A DNA stretch of 64,000 bases. Origin: Diplonema japonicum (lineage: Eukaryota; Protista; Euglenozoa: Diplonemea). Below are positions 20,253 through 31,262 of this stretch, piece after piece. The notes under the pieces were generated by a model that saw only the letters and a list, made by a program, of their open reading frames with translations, was not told the DNA's origin and ran no database searches. The number at the start of each line of letters is the position of its first letter. The stretch's first letter is position 1. Made by a program: the position numbers and the translations under genes. The DNA is taken from assembly GCA_964019335.1 (NCBI GenBank), contig OZ025756.1, positions 160,868 to 224,867 on the forward strand, given 5' to 3'.

Positions 20253-22448
20253 TTAAAAATTAAAAGAATTGCTGGAAAGCAACTCACCCCCACTATTCTG
20301 TGTTAAGTCTGCGTTCATCTCCTCGACACTATCGAATACTTGGACTACTGTTATGATGGACTCCGCAGCACACATTGGGAACGCATCAACCTCCCAGCAA
20401 CATCGAGGTCCGTCAGGTGCCTCGTGGCTACCTTTTGCTGTGATTTTGACTCCAACAGGTACTTTCGTTAGCTCGAAGGGGGAAGCATAGTAGCACAGAA
20501 CACCACTGCATACAGCAGCGCTACACATTTTGTTACTCACCACCACATCAATCCCAAGAACGGTTACAAACTTCTGTCTGTTGTCCCCCACCGTCCCGTG
20601 AAACATGGTGCTCGTCGACATCCCCACATGGATCGAGGCCTCACCCCCAAGGTCAGACACCCCAAGCATCCTCACAAACACCAACGAGTTCTCAACATGT
20701 GTGGTGCATGGTCTCATACAGTTCCAGCTTATTTGTACCAGGTTCCCCTGAAGCGACACCACTGCTCCGTGTGACCTCTCCGTGCACGTCAGTATCTTCG
20801 CAAGCCCGGTATTCATCGCACTACCCACTTCGCTGCCTGACTCGTAGCTCCCAAGCAGAATTTCAACCTTTCCAACAGTGCCTGAAGTGCTTTGCAGCAC
20901 ATCAGCCGATGTGGCAATACCGCAGCATGTTGCTTGAGATGGTTTCGGTCTTCTTATTCTCTTCACATCGAACCCCCTATCCCCTCTGTCTAACAATAGT
21001 TGCTGTTTGGCAAATAGTTTCCTCCCAAGAAGGGAACAGGGGAGAAGAAGTGAGGGGCTTATCACACCACCCACACCCTTCAGTTTAGTCCCCATCGGGA
21101 TGACAGAGACAGAGTCAAGGGGACCAACAGCCTCCATCACCTCAGGAGTGACAGCAACAGCCCCACCCACACAAGCCCCTTCCATCCGAGCCGCCTTGTT
21201 CACAGTGTTCCCAAAGTAGTCGTACCTCCCTGTCAGGTTGTTCAGTTGTACCGAAACATCACCACAGTGAACACCCACACGAACCCTGAGACCACACCAA
21301 GGGCCTTCAGCATCCCACCAACAGCAGTTCAGTGTCAGAAGCTCTTCGGGCCACACACTCTTCAGAAGCCTCTCCTGAACAGACAGACCAAACCACACCG
21401 CATCAGAAGTACTCTCGAAGGCCACCATGAAGGAGTCCCCAATGGTCTTCACCTCGTACCCATTGTGCTCAGCGATGCAGTCCCGTATTGCCTTGTTGTG
21501 AACCTGAAGTCCCTCCTTCATCCCTTCTGGACATGCCTCCCATGTTGCCGTCGATCCTTGGATGTCGGTGAAGACAAGGGTTGCTTGTCTTGTCGTCAAT
21601 CCCGGTGCTGGTGCCTCTCTGGGTGTGCGCACTTCGCTGTGGAGCTCGTGGAAGAGTGCATCGGGGAGGTAGGGGCGGTATATCTCAAGGTTGGTGAGAA
21701 TTCTGCTGAAGGCATCGTAAAGGGGAGGGGGGAGGGAGGCCGTTGAGATGATGGCCTTGGCTGAGACGAGGTCGAAGCGGGAGAGGGAGGTCGCGATGTC
21801 CTCTGTGGTAACAATCACCTTGTTCATCTTGTCGTGTTCTTTGTAAAAACCGACAGCGAAGAAGCGGGTGAAGTACAAATCGAAGAGGATGACTGCAGCT
21901 TGACTAACGAAAGTTTGAAGGTTTCGCGCAAAGCTCACAGGGCAAGGGAGGTCGGCACAGTTAACAGTAGAACGACGATCTTCCTGTGACTCAAGGAAGG
22001 AGAGGTCGTAGAGGCCAAAACGGTACCTGTTCTCGAGGAAGAGAACGAATAGCCAAGTGCACACGGTTGTGACAAGGCATGTGAACACATGGCTGTCGAG
22101 ACGGCAGACGAAACTAAGATCAATTAGGAGGACGAATACCGGCCAAGCCCTTCCAAGGCCACCAGTGACAAGGAAAAGGTCCGCAACAAGAACCATGACA
22201 CCCCATAAAACAATCCACGCACCAACGAAGACCGACCGCAGCTTCCTCTCAATCAAGATCTGCAAGAAGACCGGCAGTGACACGACAGACACAAGCAGCC
22301 TGTAGGGCAACGCGATGTTTGAAGCCACTAAAAACAACAACGAGAAAGCAACACTTATTAGAGACGCAATAAGTAAGACCCGCTTGCTGAGGGCTGTCAT
22401 TCGGTCATCCGTCGGAAGCACAGCGTGTGTGAACAGGAAGCATCGCAT
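20253..22448 (-). CDS. Multi-TM receptor adenylate cyclase paralog
   Basis: 731 aa; one-codon deletion (MGTKLKG versus MGQTELKG). Confidence 0.92.
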   Translation of the reverse strand: MRCFLFTHAVLPTDDRMTALSKRVLLIASLISVAFSLLFLVASNIALPYRLLVSVVSLPVFLQILIERKLRSVFVGAWIVLWGVMVLVADLFLVTGGLGRAWPVFVLLIDLSFVCRLDSHVFTCLVTTVCTWLFVLFLENRYRFGLYDLSFLESQEDRRSTVNCADLPCPVSFARNLQTFVSQAAVILFDLYFTRFFAVGFYKEHDKMNKVIVTTEDIATSLSRFDLVSAKAIISTASLPPPLYDAFSRILTNLEIYRPYLPDALFHELHSEVRTPREAPAPGLTTRQATLVFTDIQGSTATWEACPEGMKEGLQVHNKAIRDCIAEHNGYEVKTIGDSFMVAFESTSDAVWFGLSVQERLLKSVWPEELLTLNCCWWDAEGPWCGLRVRVGVHCGDVSVQLNNLTGRYDYFGNTVNKAARMEGACVGGAVAVTPEVMEAVGPLDSVSVIPMGTKLKGVGGVISPSLLLPCSLLGRKLFAKQQLLLDRGDRGFDVKRIRRPKPSQATCCGIATSADVLQSTSGTVGKVEILLGSYESGSEVGSAMNTGLAKILTCTERSHGAVVSLQGNLVQISWNCMRPCTTHVENSLVFVRMLGVSDLGGEASIHVGMSTSTMFHGTVGDNRQKFVTVLGIDVVVSNKMCSAAVCSGVLCYYASPFELTKVPVGVKITAKGSHEAPDGPRCCWEVDAFPMCAAESIITVVQVFDSVEEMNADLTQNSGGELLSSNSFNF

Positions 22449-22549
22449 GTTTAGCCCTCAATTTCTTTGTTTACATGTAGATAACATCATGATTGGGTGG
22501 GGTAAAAATGTCGTTTATTACACAAAGTGGCGCTAGAAAGCTACCTGCC

Positions 22550-24703
22550 CTATTGGCCAGAGAGAGAGCGTACAAGCGTTGAAGCATCGTCATACACCGC
22601 GAGCTCTACCCGCTTCATGTGTGTGCCGTCGGGAGTTGCATAAGGACTGCTATTCTTCATGGATAGCCCTTGCATCTCTGCGAGGTCAAAGACAGAGGCA
22701 TAGTAGCACAGAACGTTATTGGCAACGGCATCGCTGCACAGTGAACTGCTCACCACCACACCAGTTCCAAGAACAGTCATGAACTTCTGTCGATTGCCCC
22801 CTACCGTCCCGTGGTAAACTTTGCTCGTCGAGATCCCCATGGAGATCATTGCCTCACTCCAAGAAGAAACCCCAAGCATCTTCACAAACACAAACGCATT
22901 CTCAACATGTGTGGAACATGGTTTGGTGCAGTTCCAGCTCACCTGTACCTGGTTCCCCTGAAGCGACACCACTGCTCCGTGTGACCTCTCCGTGCACGTC
23001 AGTATCTTAGCAAGCCCAGCATTCATTACCATAGCTACACTTGCGGACGAATCGTAACTCCCAAGCACTACCTCAACTTTCCCGATTGTAGCGGAAGTGC
23101 TCTGTTGAAAGAGATTGAGCATTGAGGTGCTGCTCCCTTGGCTTGAGATCGTCTGTTCTGATCCGTGCATGGAGACTATTCTCGGAAGAAGGGTATTATC
23201 CGACACGCATAACTTGCCTTCAGTTCGGTTTAACAAGTGCTGCTCCACAAAGGACGTCCTCCCAAGAAGGGAACGGGGGAGGAGAAGGAAGGGGTTTATT
23301 GAGCCACCCACACCCTTCAGTTCAGTCTGCCCCATCGGGATGACAGAGACAGAGTCAAGGGGACCAGCTGCCTCCATCACCTCAGGAGTGACAGCAACAG
23401 CCCCACCCACACAAGCCCCTTCCATCCGAGCCGCCTTGTTCACAGTGTTCCCAAAGTAGTCGTACCTCCCTGTCAGGTTGTTCAGTTGTACCGAAACATC
23501 ACCACAGTGAACACCCACACGAACCCTGAGACCACACCAAGGGCCTTCGGACTTCCGCTTACAGGACTCGAGATCTAAAAGCTCCTCAGGCCACACACTG
23601 TTCACAAGCCTCTCCTGAACAGACAGACCAAACCACACCGCATCAGAAGTACTCTCGAAGGCCACCATGAAAGCATCCCCAATGGTCTTCACCTCGTACC
23701 CATTGTGCTCAGCGATGCAGTCCCGTATTGCCTGGTTGTGAACCTGAAGTCCCTCCTTCATCCCTTCTGGACATGCCTCCCATGTTGCCGTCGATCCTTG
23801 GATGTCGGTGAAGACGAGGGAAGCGTTCTGTGACTGTAACCCGGGTGCCGGGATGTCCTTTCTATGTGCGTAACTCTCGCTGTGCATGCTGTGGAAGAGT
23901 GCATCGGGGAGGTAGGGGCGGTAGTCCTTCAGATTTTCAAGGATTGTGCTGAAGGCATCGTAAAGGGGAGGGGGGAGGGAGGCGGTTGAGATGATGGCCT
24001 TGGCTGAGACAAGGTCGAAGCGGGAGAGGGAGGTCGCGATGTCCTCTGTGGCGGCGATCACCTTGTTCATCTTGTCGTGTTCTTTACGAAGGCCATGCGC
24101 GAAGCCTCGGGTGAAGTAGAAGTCGAGGAGAAACACAGCTACTTGCCCTGCGAACAACTCCGTACTGAGTGAGAAACCAATAGCGCAGGGGATCTCGGCA
24201 CAGTCGACTCTCGAGCGACGATCTTCCTGTGACTCGAGGAAGGAGAGGTCGTAGAGGCCAAAGCGGTAGGCGTTCTCGAAGAAGGTAATGAACAACCAAG
24301 TAACTATCATGAAGATGAGACCGGTAGCCACGCGGCTATCGAGCCGGCTGACAAGGCAGATATCGACCAGAAGGACGAAACTGGGCCACGTCCGTGTGTG
24401 GTTGCCCTCTACGATCAAATCCAAGTCAGACACAACTAGCACAGCACCCATTAAATACATCCACACACTGATTACACCTGTGCGCAGCCGCCGCTCCAGC
24501 ATCATCTGCAAGAAGACTACGAGCGACACGACGCTGATGAACAGCCTTCTCCACCACACGTGCGGGAGGGAATCGTGCAGAAGCAGGAAAGAGTCAACTA
24601 TGAAGATGCACAGAGTTGCAATCACCATGATCTTCTTGCTGAAAACTGTATGCGCGTCGTCCGTTGGTACTACTGCGCGTGTGAACAGGAAACACGGAGG
24701 CAT
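22550..24703 (-). CDS. Multi-TM receptor adenylate cyclase paralog
   Basis: 717 aa; catalytic motifs intact. Confidence 0.92.
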   Translation of the reverse strand: MPPCFLFTRAVVPTDDAHTVFSKKIMVIATLCIFIVDSFLLLHDSLPHVWWRRLFISVVSLVVFLQMMLERRLRTGVISVWMYLMGAVLVVSDLDLIVEGNHTRTWPSFVLLVDICLVSRLDSRVATGLIFMIVTWLFITFFENAYRFGLYDLSFLESQEDRRSRVDCAEIPCAIGFSLSTELFAGQVAVFLLDFYFTRGFAHGLRKEHDKMNKVIAATEDIATSLSRFDLVSAKAIISTASLPPPLYDAFSTILENLKDYRPYLPDALFHSMHSESYAHRKDIPAPGLQSQNASLVFTDIQGSTATWEACPEGMKEGLQVHNQAIRDCIAEHNGYEVKTIGDAFMVAFESTSDAVWFGLSVQERLVNSVWPEELLDLESCKRKSEGPWCGLRVRVGVHCGDVSVQLNNLTGRYDYFGNTVNKAARMEGACVGGAVAVTPEVMEAAGPLDSVSVIPMGQTELKGVGGSINPFLLLPRSLLGRTSFVEQHLLNRTEGKLCVSDNTLLPRIVSMHGSEQTISSQGSSTSMLNLFQQSTSATIGKVEVVLGSYDSSASVAMVMNAGLAKILTCTERSHGAVVSLQGNQVQVSWNCTKPCSTHVENAFVFVKMLGVSSWSEAMISMGISTSKVYHGTVGGNRQKFMTVLGTGVVVSSSLCSDAVANNVLCYYASVFDLAEMQGLSMKNSSPYATPDGTHMKRVELAVYDDASTLVRSLSGQ

Positions 24704-25313
24704 GGGTTGCGTTGGCTTTTTTCTTTCTTTTTTTTTTTTCTTTTCCTTTTTTTTTTTTTTAAAAAAGCTAGTTTTGGAAGTTCGTTGTGATGTTTTTTGT
24801 GTCGCAGCTCAAAGCCAAGTACTGTAAACAATAAAGTATCGGGGGTACAAACTTTTGTCTTCCGGGCGTTTTGGGCTCCCTGGTATATTTTCCTTCCGGA
24901 ATTAATTATTTTGCAGTATTCAAAAAAAAAAAAAAGGAAAGAAAAAAAAGAAGAAGAAGAAAGGTAACGTGTTGAAAGTATCAATTTCTTTTTTTGCAAA
25001 AAGGGGTTCCTAAAAGGGATCTTCTTGCTGATGATCAGCGGGCGGGTTTGTCTCGACATTATAAAAAGAAGAGGGGGCGGGGGGATCAAAATAGAAGGAA
25101 CCGATTCAATAGCTTTCTCATTCCGGAGTAAAGTGCCTGGCGAAAACAAAACAAAACAACGAAAAAGCAGCGTTAAATTGGATAGAGCGGAGGCATAGTA
25201 AACTCGGATGTTTAAGAAAAGAAGAAAAAAAAAAAAAAAAAAGAGAGAGAGAAAAGAAAAACAAGGAAAAGGGAGAGGAAGGAAAGACAGCTTTTATGTT
25301 TCTCATATCTTTA

Positions 25314-25344
<31 letters not shown>

Positions 25345-25426
25345 CGTCGCCTCAGAAATGGGGACAGGTGTAAGCAACAACCCAACGCACAAAAAAAAAA
25401 ACCCCCCAGCGTGTTGTTCAGCGTAT

Positions 25427-26482
25427 TTACATCAAAGCGCATTCACACGAAGATCCCCCGAGCATATTTTTGGCCGAAGAACTCGAAGCCGTCTGTCTGG
25501 CTGTCTGGCCATTGTTGTTCTTTGCCTTGCGGTTCGCGTTGTGTGAGATGAGGAAGCGAAGCATTGCCACCGCATTGCTACGAGCTGCATGGTGCAGGGC
25601 CGTGTCCCCATTCCCGTCCTTGCGGTCGACATCGTCCCCTAGGCTTAATAACACCTGCACCGTGCTGACGTTCTTGTCATCCTGCACAGCGTAGTGAATG
25701 GCGCATTTCCCGCACCTGCTGCGTGTCTCAAGCTGTTCCCTGCCACCCACAGACACGATGGCCCGCAAGGCTTCAGGGGCGTTATACTCAGCAGCTACAT
25801 GAACAGCCTGCTGGCCCCAGTTGTAGCCGTCCAGTCCGTTGACCGACTTAGGGTTGGCTGTCAGCATAGTGCGGACGACAGAGCTCACTGCCTCCTTGTT
25901 GTTGGTGGTGGTGAGCACTCTGCTGAGCATCTCAGAGGTTGAGAACTTCATCGCTGTTTGTGGCGGTGCGTAGTTAAGGGGTGTCTGCTTCCCACCGTTT
26001 GTAAAGCTAACCAGCGCTCCGTAGGTACTTGTGTGGCCTTCGACCATCATGTTGATGATGTTCAAGGCACCCGCCTTGAACGCTTCGAGCAAGGGCGGCG
26101 TGTCCGTGATGCCCATCATACCCTTTCTCGCAAACCAGTATTCGCTGAGCGTTGTATCCCCTCTATACGGCCTGTGGATGTGGTCTTTGAACTTTGCCAG
26201 GTTGTCCGTCCGCATGATGTCCAGCGCTTCCGTCTCCATGCTGGCGTCGCGTTCCGTCCCTCGTGCGACTCCTTCCAGACGTCGGTTTTCCTGGTCTTCT
26301 AGAAACTTGTCTTTCCTGTCTTCCTGTTCTTGACGTTTAAGCAGGTGTTTCCGGAGTTCCTCCGCCGCCTGAGCCGCCCTGAATGAGGCTTCTTTCGACT
26401 CTCTGTGAAGCTTTGCTTGATCTTCCTTCTGCTTTCGTTTCATCCGCTCCCATTTCTCGTCGTTGTTCGGAAACGATACCAT
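25427..26482 (-). CDS. Coiled-coil + ankyrin-repeat protein with C-terminal CaaX box
   Basis: Ankyrin motifs GQQAVHVAAE, GKCAIHYAV, GDTALHHAA; ends CECALM; likely start MVSFPNN at 26482. Confidence 0.85.
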   Translation of the reverse strand: MVSFPNNDEKWERMKRKQKEDQAKLHRESKEASFRAAQAAEELRKHLLKRQEQEDRKDKFLEDQENRRLEGVARGTERDASMETEALDIMRTDNLAKFKDHIHRPYRGDTTLSEYWFARKGMMGITDTPPLLEAFKAGALNIINMMVEGHTSTYGALVSFTNGGKQTPLNYAPPQTAMKFSTSEMLSRVLTTTNNKEAVSSVVRTMLTANPKSVNGLDGYNWGQQAVHVAAEYNAPEALRAIVSVGGREQLETRSRCGKCAIHYAVQDDKNVSTVQVLLSLGDDVDRKDGNGDTALHHAARSNAVAMLRFLISHNANRKAKNNNGQTARQTASSSSAKNMLGGSSCECALM

Positions 26483-26631
26483 TGTGTGTGTGTGTGTGCG
26501 TGTGTTTTTTTTTTTTTTTTTCTTTCCCACTTTTTTTCTTTTTTTTTTTTTCCGGTTGAGGCAGAGTCTAAACTACGACAAGGGGGGGGGGGGGGGGGGG
26601 GGGGGGGAAGAGAAAAAAAACTACGTTCGCA

Positions 26632-27522
26632 TCACTCCACGCCGCTGGGGTCCCACGTGACACGCAGGTTGGAGTGCCACCCGTCGATCTCCCGCATGTG
26701 CTTGTCAGAGATCTCAAAGTCGAAGACGTTTCTGTTCTGCACCGCGCGTGCAGGGTTTGTCGTCTTGGGGATCGTGACGGCACCATGCTGCAGCGCCCAC
26801 CGAATCAACAGCTGTGCGGGTGCCACAGGAGCCCCGTCTGCGTGGCTGTGCAGCCCGGCAAGGGAGGCAAGCTTCGTGTCGCTGAGAACCTGCGCCTTGG
26901 CGAGGGGAGAGTACCCCTCAACCACAATTCCGTGATCCTTGCAGAACGAGACAAGACTTTCGGGGCGCTGCCAAGGGTTCAGCTCGAATTGATTGAGTGC
27001 AGGGGGGGTCGCCACTTCACCAGAGTGGAGAAGGTCTTCCAAGTGGGGTATTAAAAAGTTTGACACCCCTATGGACCGTGTAAGCCCTGCGTCAAGCATG
27101 CGCTCCATGGAACGCCAGACTGCCACACGGTGCTCCGAGGCAGTGCGTGATGAAGGATCGTCGCTAGAAAGGCTTGGCCAGTGTACGAGGTAGAGGTCTG
27201 TGCTGTCCCTCCCTAAGTTGCTGAGGCTTGTTTTAAGAGCAGATTCTATTCTGCCCGCGTCGGCAGGCCACAGCTTTGTCGTGACGAAGACTTCATCATA
27301 AGGTACCTTCGCTCGCTGAACGGCTGACTTCACCACCCCCTCCGTGCCGTACCTAGCCGCGGTGTCAAGCAGTCGGCACCCGTCTTTCAGTGCGGCCACC
27401 ACAGCATCTTCACAGTCCCCTCCATTGTGGCTCATCCCAAACCCGAGCATTGGCATCCTAACCTTGCCATGCAGATCCACAGAACTGTCATTCGAGAGAA
27501 GGTCCTCTCTACCTCTCTTCAT
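26632..27522 (-). CDS. Aldo-keto reductase
   Basis: MPMLGFG, LLDTAARYGTE, VFVTTKLWP, DLYLVHWP, SIGVSNF, IPKT; likely start MKRGRED at 27522. Confidence 0.93.
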   Translation of the reverse strand: MKRGREDLLSNDSSVDLHGKVRMPMLGFGMSHNGGDCEDAVVAALKDGCRLLDTAARYGTEGVVKSAVQRAKVPYDEVFVTTKLWPADAGRIESALKTSLSNLGRDSTDLYLVHWPSLSSDDPSSRTASEHRVAVWRSMERMLDAGLTRSIGVSNFLIPHLEDLLHSGEVATPPALNQFELNPWQRPESLVSFCKDHGIVVEGYSPLAKAQVLSDTKLASLAGLHSHADGAPVAPAQLLIRWALQHGAVTIPKTTNPARAVQNRNVFDFEISDKHMREIDGWHSNLRVTWDPSGVE

Positions 27523-28008
27523 TTTGTTGCTGCGGTGTTTTGATGATAAAGGGTGTGCTGTTTGCGAAAAGTAAAAAAGAGTATAAAAAGAAGGAAAAAA
27601 AAAAAAGAAAAGGCCCTGTGGAAACAGAGGCGGTCTTAGACAAGACGAAAGAAAAAAAGGGGGGGGGGGGAGGAGGGGGGAGGGGGGGAGGAGAGGCAGG
27701 AAATGTGAGGCGACGCCAACTCCAGATATTTGGCCTCCGAAACTACCGGTGGCCTCGAGCATAAATAGCGAAACAGCGGGATACCAGCAAAAATAAGAGA
27801 TCAAATCTTTGAGAGAGAAGCGAAAATATTTTGAAAAAAAAAAAAAAGAAAAAAAGAAAAAGCTGTTTTTATCAGTCAAATTCGCGGGGGGGTCGATGAA
27901 CAAGCCAAAGGATTTTAGTCAAGAAAAACAGAGACAACGGTTAAAATCAGCCCCATCGTCATCGTGGGTTTAGGTTTTAGAAGGGGAGAAAAATATAAAA
28001 TAATATAT

Positions 28009-28329
28009 GAGTTAAAGGAGGCCGGTGTTGGCGGCGCCCTGCACAAGAACTGTCTACTTGATTACAGGGGGCGCGCCGCGGCCGAGTTGTAGCTTCTTCT
28101 GCGTTCCGCGTCGTGTCCTTAATGCGTGCGGTGTACAGCTCAACCCCAGCCGGGGCGTCCCGGGTAACCAAGATTCTGCGCTCGTGCAGTTTGCTGCCTG
28201 TTCGTCACCCTGAGCATCTGCGTTACGTTCTTCCACTCGGGTGCTACCGGTGATGACCGACGAGGAGGTCAACAGTGAACAACACATCTGATGTTTTTCT
28301 TATATTTTCATGTTATCCCCACCACCAAA
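28009..28329 (-). mobile_element. SINE-like repeat, full copy
   Basis: ~320-bp GC-rich non-coding unit repeated at 28333, 34809, 43456, 45106, 48503, 55369 and 59385. Strand inferred from the shared terminus with the LINE. Confidence 0.8.
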
Positions 28330-28332
28330 TAA

Positions 28333-28589
28333 GAGTTAAAGGAGGCCGGTGTTGGCGGCGCCCTGCACACGAACTGTCTACGACTACAGGGGGCGCACCG
28401 CAGGGGGCCGAGTTGTAGTACTTCTGCGCTCCGCGCCGTGTCCTTAATGCGTCTAGCCGGGGCGTCCCGGGTAACCAAGATTCTGCGCTCGTGCAGTTTG
28501 CTGCCTGTTCGTTACCCGTTATGTTCTTCCACTCGGGCGCTACCGGTGATGACCGACCGAGGAGGTCAACAGCGAACAACACATCTGAT
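28333..28589 (-). mobile_element. SINE-like repeat, tandem second copy with internal deletions
   Basis: Same unit immediately adjacent to the previous copy. Confidence 0.8.
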
Positions 28590-28721
28590 CAGCTGGAAAA
28601 AAAAGAAAAAAAAAATTCACTATGATAGGAACGAAGTGGTTAGCAACGGCCGCGGTGGCGTGCCTACCTTATGATTCTCCCCTTTTGGGGTCGTTCCCTG
28701 CTACCCACTGTAGTGCCTAGC

Positions 28722-28756
<35 letters not shown>

Positions 28757-29462
28757 AGAAGAAAGAAGAAGAATAATGACCAGTTTACTTCAGGGGCAGG
28801 CCACCTGGTAAACTACCGATCTGTGTCGGCTTAAACCATATTGGTCTCGAACGCATGCACGCGAGCTCCATAGTGGCTCCCAAACGGTGAAACGGGGGCT
28901 TGTAAGAAGAGGAAGTTACGGGCTGCACACCTTTACCCAGCGGTGTGGCAGTGTCTACCGCAGGGTCCGGAGGACCCTTTGCAGTAACACTGGCCCGACA
29001 TTTTAAGAAGACCAGGGTAATGGGATGCCGGCGGTTGGGGAGTGTAATAGCCAACGCCCCACACCCTGCATAATCTTGTCTCGTGACATCAACACAAGGA
29101 ATTCCCAAGCAACTTGCTTAATTTGCGTGTCAGCCAGGGGTCCTGCGGAATCCTTAAAAAAGAAAAACGCGAAAAAGGGAGACTGTGGTAACAGCCTTTG
29201 CTTTTTTTTTTTTTTTTTTCGTTTCTTCCTTTTTTTTTTTTATTTTTTTTTTTTTTTTTTTAAAATAATTCTGGGCAGCTCTCTTAAAGAACATAGGCTA
29301 GAAAGAATAAAAATCTAAATAAAGTATCTGATTTTTTTTCCCCCCCCTCGTGGGCAGAAACCAAAGGAAACAGGCAAAAATCCAAAAGTGGCAGAGAAGC
29401 GAGCCAAGGGCATCAGCCTTGAAAAAGTGGCCGAAACAGTGATGGAAGGACAACAAGGCGGG

Positions 29463-31262
29463 TCACCATCTTAGAGAAGATTTGTGTCCGAAGTCAGGCT
29501 GGTGGGAATGGTTTTCTTCCTTGGTATCTTTCTTGTAGCTCGTCGGTGCGAAGGACGTAGCATAGACCCAGACAGGGCCGTTCAGTACAATGAGCCTTTC
29601 TAGCTGCGCCTCTGCGAGAGCAACCCCCGCCGGGCAGTTCTGTGTGACGTGTAGCATGCGTTGTGCCTCTTTGGTTCGTCCCTGAAGGTACATCTTGCCT
29701 GCATCATTGTATGTTTCCCAGGGCATCTCCTCCAGCTGGTACATCCACTCCTCATGGTTACTTGTCTCGTTCACTGTTAGCCCATCGCGCACTGACAATT
29801 CGTAAACCAAACACTCCTCAGCGACATGGGAGTTGGAAATAGACACCTTTCCCAAGATGATCTTCATCACGAAAGCAAAAGACACCTCCCCGTACACATG
29901 CTCACTGCACACGACCTTGTACCCGACGTTCCTCGCAAAGTCTTGCAGCACCGCTGCGGTCACTGCAGGTCTCCCTATCATTGCGACAGACATCAGTGCG
30001 GAGCACCCGAACGAGCCGCAGAAGGCCGTCCCGCTTGCCACGCCTGTAGTCACGTGGATTCCTTTGGCCTCCAAAGCCACGTGCAGTTCTGAGGCGCCTT
30101 GTACAGCACTCTTCACGTGGCTTGAACACCTTTTCGTAGCGTTGAAGGAAGCGTGCACATGGTCACCCACGACAACACCCACAACACCCGCCACACGGGA
30201 GTAGTACGTGAGCACCTCTTCCATGAAGATCTTAAACCTGTCTTGGTACGCTGCGAGGTCTTTCGATATCTCCTTGTGCGAGCCGATCATGTTCGTCACT
30301 GTGTACGCACACCGCCTCTTCGCGTTCGGCTGCAGCATCGAGTGCCCCGAGCTGGACAGGTCGCTGTCCGTGCTCCATGCGTCGGACGTCCTGCCAGCCC
30401 CATCAGAGGAGAACCTCTTCTCTATCCCCGCGAACTCCTCCCCGTACAGACAGGACTGCGGGAGGTAAGGGCGGTACATGTCAAGGTTCAACAGGATCTT
30501 GTTGAAGGAGTCGTAAAGGGGAGGGGGGAGGGAGGCTGTTGAGATGATGGCCTCGGCTGCCTCAAGGTCGAAGCGGGAGAGGGAGGTCGCGATGTCCTCT
30601 GTGGCGGCGATCACTTTGTTCATCTTCTCGTGCTCCTTTTGAAGACGGTTGGCAAACCCCCTTGTGAGGTAGAAGTCAAGGAGGAAGATGAGCAGCTGCG
30701 TGTAGGTTATCTGCATAGCCTGCCCGATGGTCTGAGCACAGGGGAGGTTGGCACACCGCACGCGGCTGTGACGCTCACTCTGCGGTGGGAGGAAGGAAAA
30801 GTCGTAAAGGCCGAAGCGGGTGATGTTCTCGAAAAAAAGAAGCCACAACCACACAACGAGCATGGCAATGAGATTCCTAGCAACACGAGGAGGAAGGCGG
30901 CACACAAGACAGACATCTATAAGGAGAACGAAGTAGGGCCACGACCTTTCGCCCGAGAGCACAACTAGCTTGTACAAGTCATTGGTAATGAGTGAGAAGG
31001 AGACGCAGTAGATAGCCGCCTCCACAACCTCATGCCTCAATTTCTTTTCAATAAGCAATTGCACGAACAGCCCCACAGACCCTGTGAAGCCACTCGCAGC
31101 CGGCCACATACTCTGCGCGCCATCACCAGCTCTTGCAATCAGTATTATAGTGAACGCCACAGTACTGGCCATAGATGAGACCACTAGCAGTTTCTTGCAG
31201 TAAATAGTCCGTGCATCGTCTTCTGGCGTCATGAAGTACAAGAACAAGAAACACTCAAACAT
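29463..31262 (-). CDS. Multi-TM receptor with only a degenerate (pseudo) cyclase domain
   Basis: Same sensor and YRPYLP hinge as the array, then TVTNMIGS / VGDHVHASFNA / GRPAVTAAVL / EWMYQL; lacks FTD and NxAAR. Confidence 0.85.
   Translation of the reverse strand: MFECFLFLYFMTPEDDARTIYCKKLLVVSSMASTVAFTIILIARAGDGAQSMWPAASGFTGSVGLFVQLLIEKKLRHEVVEAAIYCVSFSLITNDLYKLVVLSGERSWPYFVLLIDVCLVCRLPPRVARNLIAMLVVWLWLLFFENITRFGLYDFSFLPPQSERHSRVRCANLPCAQTIGQAMQITYTQLLIFLLDFYLTRGFANRLQKEHEKMNKVIAATEDIATSLSRFDLEAAEAIISTASLPPPLYDSFNKILLNLDMYRPYLPQSCLYGEEFAGIEKRFSSDGAGRTSDAWSTDSDLSSSGHSMLQPNAKRRCAYTVTNMIGSHKEISKDLAAYQDRFKIFMEEVLTYYSRVAGVVGVVVGDHVHASFNATKRCSSHVKSAVQGASELHVALEAKGIHVTTGVASGTAFCGSFGCSALMSVAMIGRPAVTAAVLQDFARNVGYKVVCSEHVYGEVSFAFVMKIILGKVSISNSHVAEECLVYELSVRDGLTVNETSNHEEWMYQLEEMPWETYNDAGKMYLQGRTKEAQRMLHVTQNCPAGVALAEAQLERLIVLNGPVWVYATSFAPTSYKKDTKEENHSHQPDFGHKSSLRW

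Noticed and set aside
28785-29150. 107-aa ORF in GC-balanced sequence
   Set aside because: No recognisable domain and no convincing start.
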